From Macrostomum lignano (lineage: Eukaryota): 64,000 nucleotides of DNA. The notes below the pieces were generated by a model that was given only the letters and a program-made list of their open reading frames with translations, was not told the origin of the DNA and searched no databases. How positions within the stretch are numbered: position 1 is the first letter of the stretch; every line of letters begins with the position of its first letter. Location: NCBI GenBank assembly GCA_002269645.1, contig NIVC01000139.1:1-64000 (forward strand). The letters are read 5' to 3'. Position numbers and translations under genes: made by a program. This document shows positions 41,501-49,814 of the stretch, piece after piece.

Positions 41501-44500
41501 CGGCAAGACCGTTCCCAGAGCGTTCTTTTCTTGGATAGTGGCCTGCAGGGAAAAGTCCAGATCCGCGTTTAATGAGATTAAGTTCCTCTTTGTCGTAGTA
41601 TTTGTCAATGTCTTTTTCGAAAATAATCGGCATCTTTTTAAATAGAAATTTATTTTTTGTTGAACCGCGAAAGCAGAAGCTCTCTCGCCCTCTAATCGAT
41701 GTATTTTCTCTCAAGCATTTTATTGAGGATGTTGACAAATTCTTTTCTATTTTCATCTTTCATTCCGGTCTTTGCTGCTCCTAAAAGAACCGCTACTCGC
41801 TTGTAGATTTCAGAAATTCCTTTTCCAGTTGAGGACGGTTGGTCTTGGGGTTGTGGAGTTGGTTGGGCTTGTAGCTGCTGGGGAGGTGATGCAAAAGACT
41901 GCTCACTTTCAGAGATGGAACTGTCATGTGGTGCCTGTCTTTGTTGAGGTGTGAAAACTCTTTGTTTGATTCTATTCATTCGATCTGGAGAGTGTTGTTC
42001 TAAGTGTTGCCAGTCTGTTGGGTTTTGTTTTTTATATTCAGCTACTTTCAAAGGGTCTAACTGCTCGAGTTGACTGAGTACTTGTTCTTCTGTGGAATGT
42101 TGCTGCTGTGGTTGTGGTTGTTGCTGTTGCTGTTGTTGTTGTTGTTGTTCTAGATATTTTATCCGATCAATGACTTCCGCCTGATCTGGCAAATCGAACC
42201 ATTGTTTAAAGTGTTTGTACTTTTTGAATCTAGTCAGGTTGACACCGTTATCATACATAAGTCTCAGGACTTCTGGGGCCTTTAGTATTTCTATATCTCT
42301 AGCAAGAGCAAAAGTCACTAGATCTCTATAGTTCTTTAGCTGTTTGTCCGAGATTCTCTCTTGGTTCTTGGTCATAAAAGTCAGTAAGGTGTCTGTGAAA
42401 GGAATTTTCATAGTTTCTGAGCCTTTGACAACAGAAATATTTTCCTTATTTATGTCGATATAATATTCCACTGGTTCATTATAAATGTTTCTTCTCCACA
42501 CACTTATTCCAAATACATATTTCCCATCATGTTCTACACGCTCTACTGGTCCAAAAATGTTATCTGTCACTTTTAGTTGCTGTTGTGGTTGTGATTGTTG
42601 TGGTTGTGATTGTTGTGGTTGTGGTTGTTGTGGTTGCGGTTGTGTCTGTGGTTGCGGCTGTATCTGTGGTGCTTCTGGAATTTTGCCCAAAGCCTTTTGC
42701 ACCTGAGTTTCCTGTATGTCGTCGATAGTTTCTTTGACCTGATCAATACTTTTCTTAGCTTCTCCATACCCGGGCTTATGAAACTCTGTGGCTGCTTGGA
42801 CAAACTCATTGTAGGATTGTTGCTCCTTATTTATTAGCCCGGTAACTCGTTTCTCTGCTTGTGCTAGCTTCTCCAATTCAGATATCTGCTGTGTACTTTT
42901 TCGCTTCATTTCTTATTTTATTTTATTTTTAGTTAAAAAATGAACGACCCACTGACACCAGTTTTCTACAAGATTAACAAGCCTATTTTGAGTGATGATA
43001 GCACAATCAAAGCGACTCAGGTAAGAGTTCCCAGTCAGGAAAATCAGAATGAAACTAATCTTGGTCCTGGCCAAACACTGACATTTACATACAATGGATG
43101 TTCGTCTTTGGTTAGTGTGCACAGTCTTAAGAGCGGCTTCCATATGACATTTCAATTCAAGACAAAAGGTGGTGCGGATGCGGCTCGTGCTAACGTTGAC
43201 AAGCATGATGCGGATGTGACTCTGATCAGTAACTTTTGGGCGTACATGTTCAAGGAGTTTAGTGTATCGAATGGGAGCACTGAGTTGGAGCGAATCGCCA
43301 ACTTTGGAATTGTCTATGACGCTCATTGTTTGATCGAGAATCCTGATTTTATTCAATTGGGAAGTGGTGCGGGTTTTATTGCAGACGAAAAAGGAGATAT
43401 CAATGACAGTGGTTATAAAAAATAGGAAGAAGAGATACAACTATGCATTGCAAGGTGCTGATGATGCTGCTAAGAACCCGCAGTATCGGTCTGTTGATGT
43501 ATTTGTACCATTGAGATTCATGAGTGGATTCTGTAATACATTTAATCGACTGACTAGTAACTTTAGCTACACATTTAGGATGACTAGAGATGATCGCAGT
43601 AGAGTGTTGTGGACTGGGGCGGACCACACTGGGATGGCTGTGAAGCTAACCGGAATCGAGCTGTATTTGGAAGTCATTGAGCCAAAGACCGCACTAAAAG
43701 CGGATTATCTCAAGGCAATAGAGAAGGACATTGATGTTGCATACACAGCCTACATGTGTCGAGATGAGCGAAACGAAACTAGAACAAACATCTGCATTAA
43801 AGAGGGATCATGCAGCAATCCAAGTTATATCATTATTAATATGAGAAACCCAAATAGCATTATACGCTACATGCATGGAGACGTGCGGTCCATTCAGCAT
43901 GAAATCAGTGATAATCTTTACCCTGCACTGCCACAAAATGGAGATTTCAGTCAGAACAAGATTAGCAAATTTTACAGCGAGTTGGTCGACTTGGCTGTGA
44001 AAGAGAACAATGGAATTGCTATCACTGCTCTTCAATATGGAACTCTATATCCAATGTTTGGCGCTGATGTGTCTGCCAGACAAATGCCTACTGATAACAG
44101 CCCTGTGAATATCGTGACTAACATTGAGAGGACTGTCGCAACACCCGTGGACCTGTACATTATCTATGCATTAGAGAGGAAGGTGAAGCTTAACATGATC
44201 AACAATTCATCCAGTAAAGTTTAAATATTTTTTGTGGGTGAAAAAAATGGAAGCTATAGCCGAAAGACTAAACAACATTGTTTCACACTCCAAGGAGAGC
44301 ATTCCTATTACAATAACTGGGCGAATTAATGACTCAAACGGGATGTTTGTTGAAAAATTAGAGCAGGCGATTCGCCTGGATCCTGGCGCTAATTACCATG
44401 TCTATCTTAACGACTTCACTGGTTGGTCAAACGTTCCCAATGTGATGGCAGCAAATAATAAGTTTTATTACAAATGGAAAGGTGCAGCAGCAGACCCTGT

Positions 44501-46418
44501 GGTATTCCATGTGAGCACGCAAAGTGTGGATACCTACAATAACTTTCTAGAAAATGTCTTTACTAAGAGAGGCCATTTCGAGACACCTGATGCGAGTAAG
44601 CCAGAAAAGAAACTGTTCCCTGTCAAACTAACCTATGATCTCACTGTAATGAGAGTGGTCATGCAAGTTCACAAAGATGCGGAGGTTGAGTTTAAAGATA
44701 ACACTTGGTATAGGGAACTGGGATTCGAGAAGAAAGTTTATAAGGCAGAATCCGCGGCGCGGACCGCCACTCAAGCATCGGGGACTGTTAGAATGGTCCG
44801 GGAAAGTGTAAGCGGTTTGTTCTTAGCACCCAATATAGCAGACATTGTAAAGGGTTTGATATTCTAATCAGAAGCAATCTCAGTCTTGATTGGGTATTTA
44901 AGGGAAAGCGAACTAATATTTTGTACAACATCTCCAACTCTGTTGCTGGAGGACAGATGGTGGTAGAGAAACCAAATCCAGTGAAAAGAGTTGTATTGAG
45001 TAATAAGGAGATTCACGAGATTGTGCTACAGTTTGAGACTGAAGATGTTGGGTTGATTTCAAGTGTTGGGTTGATGAAGAAGTGTTGATTTCAACGGTGA
45101 AGAGTTTGTATTGACGTTAATCATTGAGAGAATGTAAGAAATCACAATTGCCTAATGATTTCTGCAAAGTTATAATAGCTGTCGTAATCTTTTACATAGG
45201 TTACTCCATACTTATGAAACCAATGTCTTTGGAGAGCTAGATTAATATTAGGGACATTGATATCAACGTCGGGCCAATATTTTCTCATGTATTCGCTGCA
45301 TTCAAGTTTGCATCGGTACTTGGGTTTGTACAATGGATTAGGCTGAGTATAATAAGAACCTGGAGAGACAACTGGAAACATTTTTATTGAGAATTTAATT
45401 TTTTTTTCAAAGGGTGAGGACCCTGCGCTGATGATTTAAAGTCTTAGGGATGTGGTAGCACGTTGCGGATTGAATGTGGGGAGAAGAATGCAGATTATTT
45501 TCTGATTGTTTCGAAGATGCTATGGGTGGATGTTGGTGGATTATGTCTGTGTCAGTGAGCATAACAGGTGTCCACAGTGAGCATAACAGGTATCAGTTGA
45601 CACCTGCTCTGATTCTGTCAGGGATAATATGGATGGATTTAATGGGATTATGTTCGAAGTTTTCGGAGCAAGTGCGGCCTCTCCCCTTTTTCATGATTCT
45701 GTCAGGGATAATATGGATGGATTTAATGGGATTATGGAGGACGTTTTGTGAGCGAGTGCGACCCCCCTTTTTTTCTTATTCTGTCAGGGATAATATGGAT
45801 GGATTTAGGTGGATTATGGAGGAGGTGAAAAATTTTGTCCCAGAAGCCCCCTCATGCATTCTACTCTACGAAGTTGTAAAAGTCATAATCAAGCGAATAA
45901 TTTATTTACTTATTCGCCTGATTTACTATATGGGCTACCCTTATCTTTTGCAGGAGTACACTGAGTAATTCAGAATGCCTCTTGCTTACAGCTAGCACTT
46001 TTTAAATTTTAAAATGTTTAAAATATTTTTCAGCAGCAGTTTTTTTAAAGATTTCTCTGGCACGAAGAATCAGTAGCATGATATTATAAAATTTAAACCA
46101 CAATGAGGATCAATGTTGAGATAATAGAAAAATTTTTCATAAGTAAATCTGAACTGACGTGGAGTCCAAATAAAGATTCGAGAAGCACTGCAGAAGCTGA
46201 GCCAGACCATGTTTCTGTACTCCTTTCAGGCGGAGGAGGCAACGCTGTCCATGAGGCTGGGCGAGGCCTCAACCAGGCCGGGCAGCCGGTCCCCGCCGGG
46301 TAGCATGGCGGGGTCGATCTCTTCCATCGGGAGCAGCAAGTCGCCTGGGGCCGGTGGGATTTCCAGCATCGCCAGTAGCTTGTCTGGCTTTTTGCCTAAG
46401 TCTGGCGGCACTAGCTGA
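11547..46418 (+). CDS. CADPS: Calcium-dependent secretion activator (CAPS/CADPS), 15 exons: 11547-12011, 13168-13587, 15211-15291, 15466-15747, 18365-18598, 19430-19633, 19724-20403, 20568-20733, 22303-22426, 24721-24827, 26623-26779, 27435-27883, 28028-28294, 29194-29388, 46230-46418
   Basis: Hallmark CAPS peptides: [51 protein letters not shown]2 [19 protein letters not shown] domain [60 protein letters not shown]. Splice phases are consistent across all joins. Confidence 0.95.
14135..14950 (-). pseudogene. Degraded tyrosine recombinase (DIRS/Ngaro-like) remnant in CAPS intron 2
   Basis: Frame-broken YR-like motifs in the expected order: LRFAHLALV (LRxxEL), C*TPGQ (KT), CAPVRAVK (CPVxAL), [14 protein letters not shown] (HSxRxGGAT). 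Confidence 0.45.
22975..24465 (-). mobile_element. 5'-truncated, decayed Penelope-like retroelement (RT, linker, start of GIY-YIG region, 3' end)
   Basis: [35 protein letters not shown] (YVDD changed to YVDG), [20 protein letters not shown]; then [18 protein letters not shown], which is truncated. A hammerhead-like motif and AATAAA lie at 22975-23021. Confidence 0.85.
25328..26456 (+). mobile_element. Internally deleted mariner element with long (about 175-195 bp) TIRs and TA TSD
   Basis: TA|cgaggggtgtccaaaaagtagtgggaattttcaacc ... ggttgaaaattcccactactttttgggcacccctca|TA. Transposase C-terminus [40 protein letters not shown] at 25590-25920. Confidence 0.9.
29544..30318 (+). repeat. Left TIR (775 bp) with four ~81-84-bp internal repeat units and an 80-aa ORF
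   Basis: Reverse complement of 45145-45865. Unit core cataatccc-attaaatccatccatattatccctgacagaatc starts at 29591, 29672, 29754 and 29838. Confidence 0.93.
30082..30324 (+). CDS. TIR-encoded hypothetical protein, left copy (80 aa)
   Basis: AAAAATG start, open in both TIRs; isolated differences between the copies are synonymous. Confidence 0.7.
   Translation: MFPVVSPGSYYKAHEPNYKSKYRCKLECSEYMRKYWPDVDINVPNINLALQRHWFHKYGVTYVKDYDSYYNFAEIIRQLR
30478..30990 (-). CDS. Parvovirus VP1u-like phospholipase A2 (Polinton PLA2)
   Basis: [12 protein letters not shown] Ca-loop-like motif and [16 protein letters not shown] catalytic HD helix. Confidence 0.85.
   Translation of the reverse strand: MQRSGGKLDSHGLIEKLPHPNKGWTLPGYKYCGPLNPLEIQLDKNNNPNPGHEPVNELDSVCMWHDVKYRDFPEEKNRCDKEMLRRLDNIGASSGFRESIARKLVKALIFGKSKLGLGIDGEGGCLGREGGCAECSGAGFIFCAPNNELGRLLKDMGVERARVRGERFSL
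31021..32059 (+). pseudogene. Polinton retroviral-type DDE integrase, +1 frameshift at the A6 run 31181-31186
   Basis: [12 protein letters not shown]-terminus; after removing one A the frame reads [15 protein letters not shown] (D), MTDSGKEF (D), [11 protein letters not shown] (E). Confidence 0.9.
32077..32532 (+). CDS. Adenovirus pX (mu precursor)-like core/membrane protein (151 aa)
   Basis: [30 protein letters not shown] resembles the adenovirus pX C-terminus GGILPLLIPLIAAAIGAVPGIASV. Confidence 0.65.
   Translation: MTKIETRTINKLNKIIESKKPGLISIKGVKVKIDPTQQIVQCNEQRHSITDEKSGGILPLAALIPIIAGAVSAAGGVAGGVATAVKAGNDRAHQLELQKIARDKGITIKAGEGCPDFDDRDDCEHENSVSKSDIVKAIMTLHNAGFTIMRM
32657..36537 (+). pseudogene. 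Protein-primed family B DNA polymerase (pPolB) with EndoVII-like insert; 1-nt deletion at 34989-34991
   Basis: ExoI YADFEC, ExoII HNAKNYD, Exo[13 protein letters not shown]; Pol [29 protein letters not shown]; [19 protein letters not shown] insert. Adding one A restores [21 protein letters not shown]. Confidence 0.95.
36602..37003 (+). CDS. Adenain-type cysteine maturation protease (133 aa)
   Basis: GSHWVC (His), YFDSYG (Asp), [12 protein letters not shown] (Gln/Cys). Confidence 0.92.
   Translation: MTTNNFLEDLANELEIPNFRGIFMRDTLPDFPLRKECGIMNFDTTDKPGSHWVCWVIDLDRKHKCYYFDSYGTAVPEELRNYMKGKKNKKIYRSDFILQGLSSDICGELCMTVLYAMTKTRKTYKEIILGCVS
37008..37676 (-). CDS. Polinton membrane-active protein with hydrophobic hairpin (222 aa) and PSAP/LYP motifs
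   Basis: PSAPSAP..KLYPVI, FRLVEI, long G/A/V-rich hydrophobic hairpin, [15 protein letters not shown] tail. Confidence 0.7.
   Translation of the reverse strand: MDAQNSLYDQNAPTTPSAPSAPQYEQQKLYPVITCNSQQFRLVEIQKMRDDLEKNIFHNTKKIKRYDNHCKFFDYNNMILGTVSVLSGSAAAVSVLPVITAPIAIPLGSLGAACGLISAITGALARNRRKKLKQLQEKQVKEKGVHTSIIGYISRAIEDKFISEDEFKTIQDLYEQSIRMNLNMVGTDDMSQLKNELEKVFQHYVERKSARNSARRTTRNAQ
38335..39924 (-). pseudogene. Gag-protease-RT N-terminus, truncated
   Basis: Two CCHC knuckles ([28 protein letters not shown]), LLDTGS protease, [17 protein letters not shown]; breaks just before the RT motif-A aspartate. Confidence 0.9.
38339..40140 (-). mobile_element. 3'-truncated Mag-like Ty3/Gypsy element nested in the Polinton (5' LTR 40140-39925, PBS, gag-pro-partial RT)
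   Basis: LTR TGTTAG...GAACA, followed by PBS TGGCGACGA; no 3' LTR present. Confidence 0.85.
40254..41054 (-). CDS. A32/FtsK-like genome-packaging ATPase (266 aa)
   Basis: Walker A GSSGSGKT, Walker [23 protein letters not shown]. Confidence 0.95.
   Translation of the reverse strand: MDFTNDFHPHWTRNQIKFAHNEIIPGHFRCIVVGSSGSGKTFRVFNMLLRPGFLDYDTLHIYSPTLYQDEYKMLVAGLQNKLNKEDIIQCFRHQKDLNSNPEVVATEYAKHIPDNEKWQNIKVFTYGDPQIDPKTKLLPQPDELEKGRKHLIVFDDCMTGPQKQIENYFTRGRHNNCNVIYIAQNWFELPNKTIRGNCNLILLFPTIPQDRLKRFYNEVIAPAHITYPAKNSNRTISQEEFVNICYEKWNQPYQFVMINKEKKILL
41262..41633 (-). CDS. Small virion core protein with GxG sites and an amphipathic helix (123 aa from ATG 41633)
   Basis: [29 protein letters not shown]-terminal KKGGGF. 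Confidence 0.6.
   Translation of the reverse strand: MPIIFEKDIDKYYDKEELNLIKRGSGLFPAGHYPRKERSGNGLADLIAQGAKIFKVIGENKENIKNVAEAAGSVATAAKKIKDTVNETRKSIPDIQPLAPSADSVDPAIYAKMRAEYKKGGGF
41692..42909 (-). CDS. Gln/Pro-rich Polinton hypothetical protein (405 aa)
   Basis: Long ORF with AAGAAATG start, polyQ/QP tracts and a C-terminal helical motif [28 protein letters not shown]. Confidence 0.7.
   Translation of the reverse strand: MKRKSTQQISELEKLAQAEKRVTGLINKEQQSYNEFVQAATEFHKPGYGEAKKSIDQVKETIDDIQETQVQKALGKIPEAPQIQPQPQTQPQPQQPQPQQSQPQQSQPQQQLKVTDNIFGPVERVEHDGKYVFGISVWRRNIYNEPVEYYIDINKENISVVKGSETMKIPFTDTLLTFMTKNQERISDKQLKNYRDLVTFALARDIEILKAPEVLRLMYDNGVNLTRFKKYKHFKQWFDLPDQAEVIDRIKYLEQQQQQQQQQQPQPQQQHSTEEQVLSQLEQLDPLKVAEYKKQNPTDWQHLEQHSPDRMNRIKQRVFTPQQRQAPHDSSISESEQSFASPPQQLQAQPTPQPQDQPSSTGKGISEIYKRVAVLLGAAKTGMKDENRKEFVNILNKMLERKYID
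42940..44224 (+). pseudogene. Double jelly-roll major capsid protein (hexon-like), +1 frameshift at the A6 run 43417-43422
   Basis: SDDSTIK..., [33 protein letters not shown]; removing one A restores GYKNRKKRY. Combined length about 427 aa; position next to the penton gene. Confidence 0.8.
44247..45137 (+). pseudogene. Single jelly-roll minor capsid protein (penton); frameshift at 44849-44857 and 37-nt duplication at 45047-45083
   Basis: [26 protein letters not shown]; -1 frame continues [19 protein letters not shown]; typical C-terminus [14 protein letters not shown]. Confidence 0.8.
45142..45381 (-). CDS. TIR-encoded hypothetical protein, right copy (79 aa)
   Basis: Paralog of 30082-30324. 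Confidence 0.7.
   Translation of the reverse strand: MFPVVSPGSYYTQPNPLYKPKYRCKLECSEYMRKYWPDVDINVPNINLALQRHWFHKYGVTYVKDYDSYYNFAEIIRQL
45145..45865 (-). repeat. Right TIR (721 bp) with three internal repeat units and a 79-aa ORF
   Basis: Inverted copy of the left TIR; one repeat unit fewer and patchy divergence. Confidence 0.93.
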
Positions 46419-47293
46419 GGCGCTTTTCGATTTCGATGCTCTACGTCTAGTAGCACTGAGTAGTAGGCTAAGTTGGAAGTTGTGATGAATCGTTTATGAG
46501 CTCATTTAGCTGCGAGCAATTTTCTTAGACTGATGCAAAATTTATACAGTTGATGATTAATACGGAAAGTTATACGGCAATCTTTGCCACGAGTAATTCT
46601 ATATTTGTTAGCTGCCGTCTTTTGTTTCATTGTTTTCTTTCTAATAAAATTTGTATGTCAAATTAATTGTCAGTAACATTACGATCGTATCAATCCAAAA
46701 AGCTTAATAACTTAAAGATAAAAGATTAAGGACAAAATAGCTCTTAGAGCAGCTTGAACTTTGCTCACCATCAAATCAAACTATTACTGTTGAAAAATAT
46801 ATACGCTGCTGATGTGCCTGGAGCTTGCATACTCGCAAAATTCAGAGTAAGTCACCCTAAATTTGGCGTGCAGTGTTCGAGTTAACGATTACATTGGAGA
46901 AGTACCAGCAAATCACACAGTGACTAACGAGTACTACGGCTGTTGTTTGGAATACGGAGACATTTTTGTATATTAACATTATTACATTGAAGCTTTGTTT
47001 CGCCTGTTTCTTCAATCAAATAATTTTGTCTCGTTCTTGAATGAATTAGGCTGGGACGAAATGTTTTGCAAAATGCATGAATCGTTTTGCGTGAACGCAG
47101 CTGTCTATGGCCTGATCTAAACATAGCTTTTTAACAATTTTATTGGACAAAGGTGGATTTTATTTAGTCTATGGCTAGCTATGCTAAAGAAAAGTGAGTT
47201 TGATTTAGTCAGCACTCGCATTTGACTATATACTATTGCCAGGAAGGAAAAGTTGATTTACGCTCGTAGTCAAATGCCCTTCCCATGTCCTGA

Positions 47294-48465
47294 TTTTAGT
47301 CCAAGTGAATTTAAATTTAGTCCCCAACACGGAGGCCGCACAAGGATCACTAACTTAAGGCCATCATTAGAAGAGTGAAAATTCCCGAGCTTGACAGACG
47401 AAGACTTGTCAACGCCTTCGCAATTGCAACGAGGATTGGCTCCATCTGGCGCAACAACTCAAAGTTCTGCGTCAATCAGCTAGGAATGTCATAGTCGATC
47501 AGGTTTGAACCAACCAGTCGCGTTGAGGCTTCGAGGCGAGGCGGCAACAAGCCTAAGGCTCTGAGAGAAGCGATGATCCAGTTTTTGTCCAGCCCTTGTC
47601 CAGTTTTTGGCTGCGAAACCGGCTGCGACGCTCGATCACATGCGGCAACACATCATACATACAATTGTTTCCTGACTGGTAAGCAAGTACAATTCAGACC
47701 ATAAGCCATGCTTTGGATGGTCAGTTGATAACGTTGAAACTATTGCGCACTATTCCAGGGGCTTGGAATGCTGACCGCATCAAGCAGGAGCGTCGCGAGT
47801 TCGCCGAATGGATGATGACTGATGGAATGCGGAAGACACTGATCTTCACTGCAGTGCGAGTCGTGGCAAACCAACGTGGCCGAAATGTAACTGTGTCTGG
47901 CCGTCAGCCCGACGCTTGGACTGGTCTACTGGAAGACTGTGCGTAATGGAATGACACGTGACTTTTTGTTTGCCGAATTCGTCGCGGAGCTTGCCGCCTT
48001 AGTTGGCGAACCATACTGCCTGCTGTACGACAATGCTCATGCCCACTGAACCCACCTGCCAGGGTGCAGACCAAGAATAGAGGGCTCTTGGGCCATATTC
48101 TCCATTTTTTAAATACGACGGAGCGCACCATCTCTGCTTTCAAGGCATCGCTAAAGCGATCGCTTAGCAAAGTGGATCGTTACCGCGGTAGCTCAGCGAC
48201 AGGGATGCAGCTGGTGGTCTTGGTATTATCACTCTGCACGAGCATCGCACCCGCATTCTCGAGCGCGAACTAAATGATGCCAGCATGGCGGCCGTCACGT
48301 AGCCTGGCACAGAGAAAATCTTCGTTATATTCCACGTTGCGTTGCAATGGAAGAATTGTTGCCTGAACTTTTTGATTTGTGATTCGACTTTATTGAATTG
48401 AATAATAAACTTTGAAAGAATGAATTGAATAATTATTCGACTTAATTAATTCACTTGGACTAAAA
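47294..48465 (+). mobile_element. Degraded Tc1/IS630-like DNA transposon remnant
   Basis: Perfect 18-bp inverted repeat ttttagtccaagtgaatt (47294-47311) / aattcacttggactaaaa (48448-48465) flanking broken transposase-like frames (CETG, DNAHAH, ERTISAFKASLKR). True ends are uncertain. Confidence 0.45.
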
Positions 48466-49085
48466 CAAATTCTAAAAACCCGAGCAAGCCCCATACGACT
48501 GACTAAATTAAATTCATTGTCTATGGGCAAATTCAAAGTGCTGACTATATGAAATTCGATTGCTTATTTTTCAGGGGCAAAATAAATTTCTCACGAAGAT
48601 ACAGTCACGAAGCAGCCAGTCAATCAGTGGTGGCAAAACGTAAAAGCCGAATTCAAAGTCGCTTTTTCTTCGAACTAGAATCAATAATACAATATGAAAG
48701 GCTTAGAAGACTCCAATTTTAACGCTTTCTTTGCTGCTTTCGGAGTTGAGTCGACAACTACGCTCGTAGAGTTTCTGCTGAGTCTTCGGACCAAGCTGCT
48801 CTAAAAAAAGAATCGACGAAAGTTTGCCTGCCGCTACCGTTGAAGATGCAGGGCGGCTGGAAATAACGTTCCGGGACTAAGAGGATGTACATGTAAGAAC
48901 TCTAATCCGTAAACTGTTTGAACTGGATCATGCAAATTGAGTATGCTAAGTTTTGTTGTTATGTCAGTTTTGCTTGTTGCTAAATATACTGTGAGCTTGT
49001 TCACTTCAATGTTCCATATAATGCTCCTGATTTCGAGGAGATTATACGAACAACAACGTCGCCGAAATTACTGCTGTTTACGCTT

Positions 49086-49814
49086 GTGTTCTACCTTGGC
49101 AAGCAGTTCGCTTTGCGTGGAGGCACGGAGCTGCATGGTCTGAGATATAGCTGTGAGATCCAGTTGCAGCATGAAGACGGTCAAGAACTTCTAGTTTACT
49201 GTGAGAACAGAGCCACGAAGACCAACAACGCTGGCATAAAGCGACGTTTTGTTCCATTGAAAACCGTTAAAGCATCTCATACTGCTGATCATGATAGATG
49301 TCTACCCTGCATCTACAAGCTGTATGTGGACAAAAGACCGGAAAACTGTACGGTTCAGAATTTGTTCCTGGCTTGGATGCGTAGCGATGCCAGCATCCAG
49401 CAAGGCAGTTGGTACCAAAACGCACCCGTCGGCCGGCACAGCTTGGACGGTATTGTTCGTGAATTAACGGCTCCCCTAACTGGAGTGACTGAAAGGTACA
49501 CTAATCAGTCTCTACGCAAGACTTGCGCAAGTACTCTACACCGTGCTGGCTTTGCTAGAGAGGACATCGCTCGTGTTACAGGACACTCTTCGACAGCTAT
49601 TGAGCGCTATATTCAGTTTGACGTACAAGACCATGTTAAAGTATCGCATGCTCTTCAATCTGGTGGTCAGTCATCAAGTCTGTCTATTGACACCGAGCCT
49701 GAACGCTCTGTTGAAGCTATGGAACAAAGTAACGTAGTGACTGCTAATCCTGCAAAGAAAATGAGGCTTAACATCAATGGTAACACCAACACCGTTGAAA
49801 TCGTTTTCGAGTGA
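49086..49814 (+). mobile_element. Crypton-type (DUF3504-like) tyrosine recombinase catalytic domain
   Basis: FALRGGTE (R), TKTNNAG (K), WYQNAPVG, YTNQSLRKT (HxxR with H changed to Q), VTGHSS (H), IERY (Y). The N-terminal part upstream (~48800-49085) is degraded. Confidence 0.85.

Larger units (their letters stand above)
29544..45865 (+). mobile_element. Polinton/Maverick (adintovirus-like endogenous dsDNA virus), 16,322 bp, in the last CAPS intron
   Basis: 5'-AGTAG...CTACT-3' termini, perfect 6-bp TSD CTACGA (29538-29543 and 45866-45871), long TIRs, and the core gene set INT, pPolB, PRO, ATPase, MCP, mCP. Confidence 0.97.

Noticed and set aside
42485-42837. Cys-rich and Leu/Trp-rich ORFs (CCGCDCC...)
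   Set aside because: Antisense or alternative-frame reading of the Gln/Pro repeat of 41692-42909.
31181-43425. Programmed +1 frameshifting at AAA-stop-like sites in INT and MCP
   Set aside because: An extra A in an A-run produces these contexts trivially, and the pPolB site has no canonical slippery heptamer. Error or decay is more parsimonious.
45428-45436. CTGATGA hammerhead-like core in the right TIR (also at ~50807 and ~61164)
   Set aside because: No stem II or GAAA follows.
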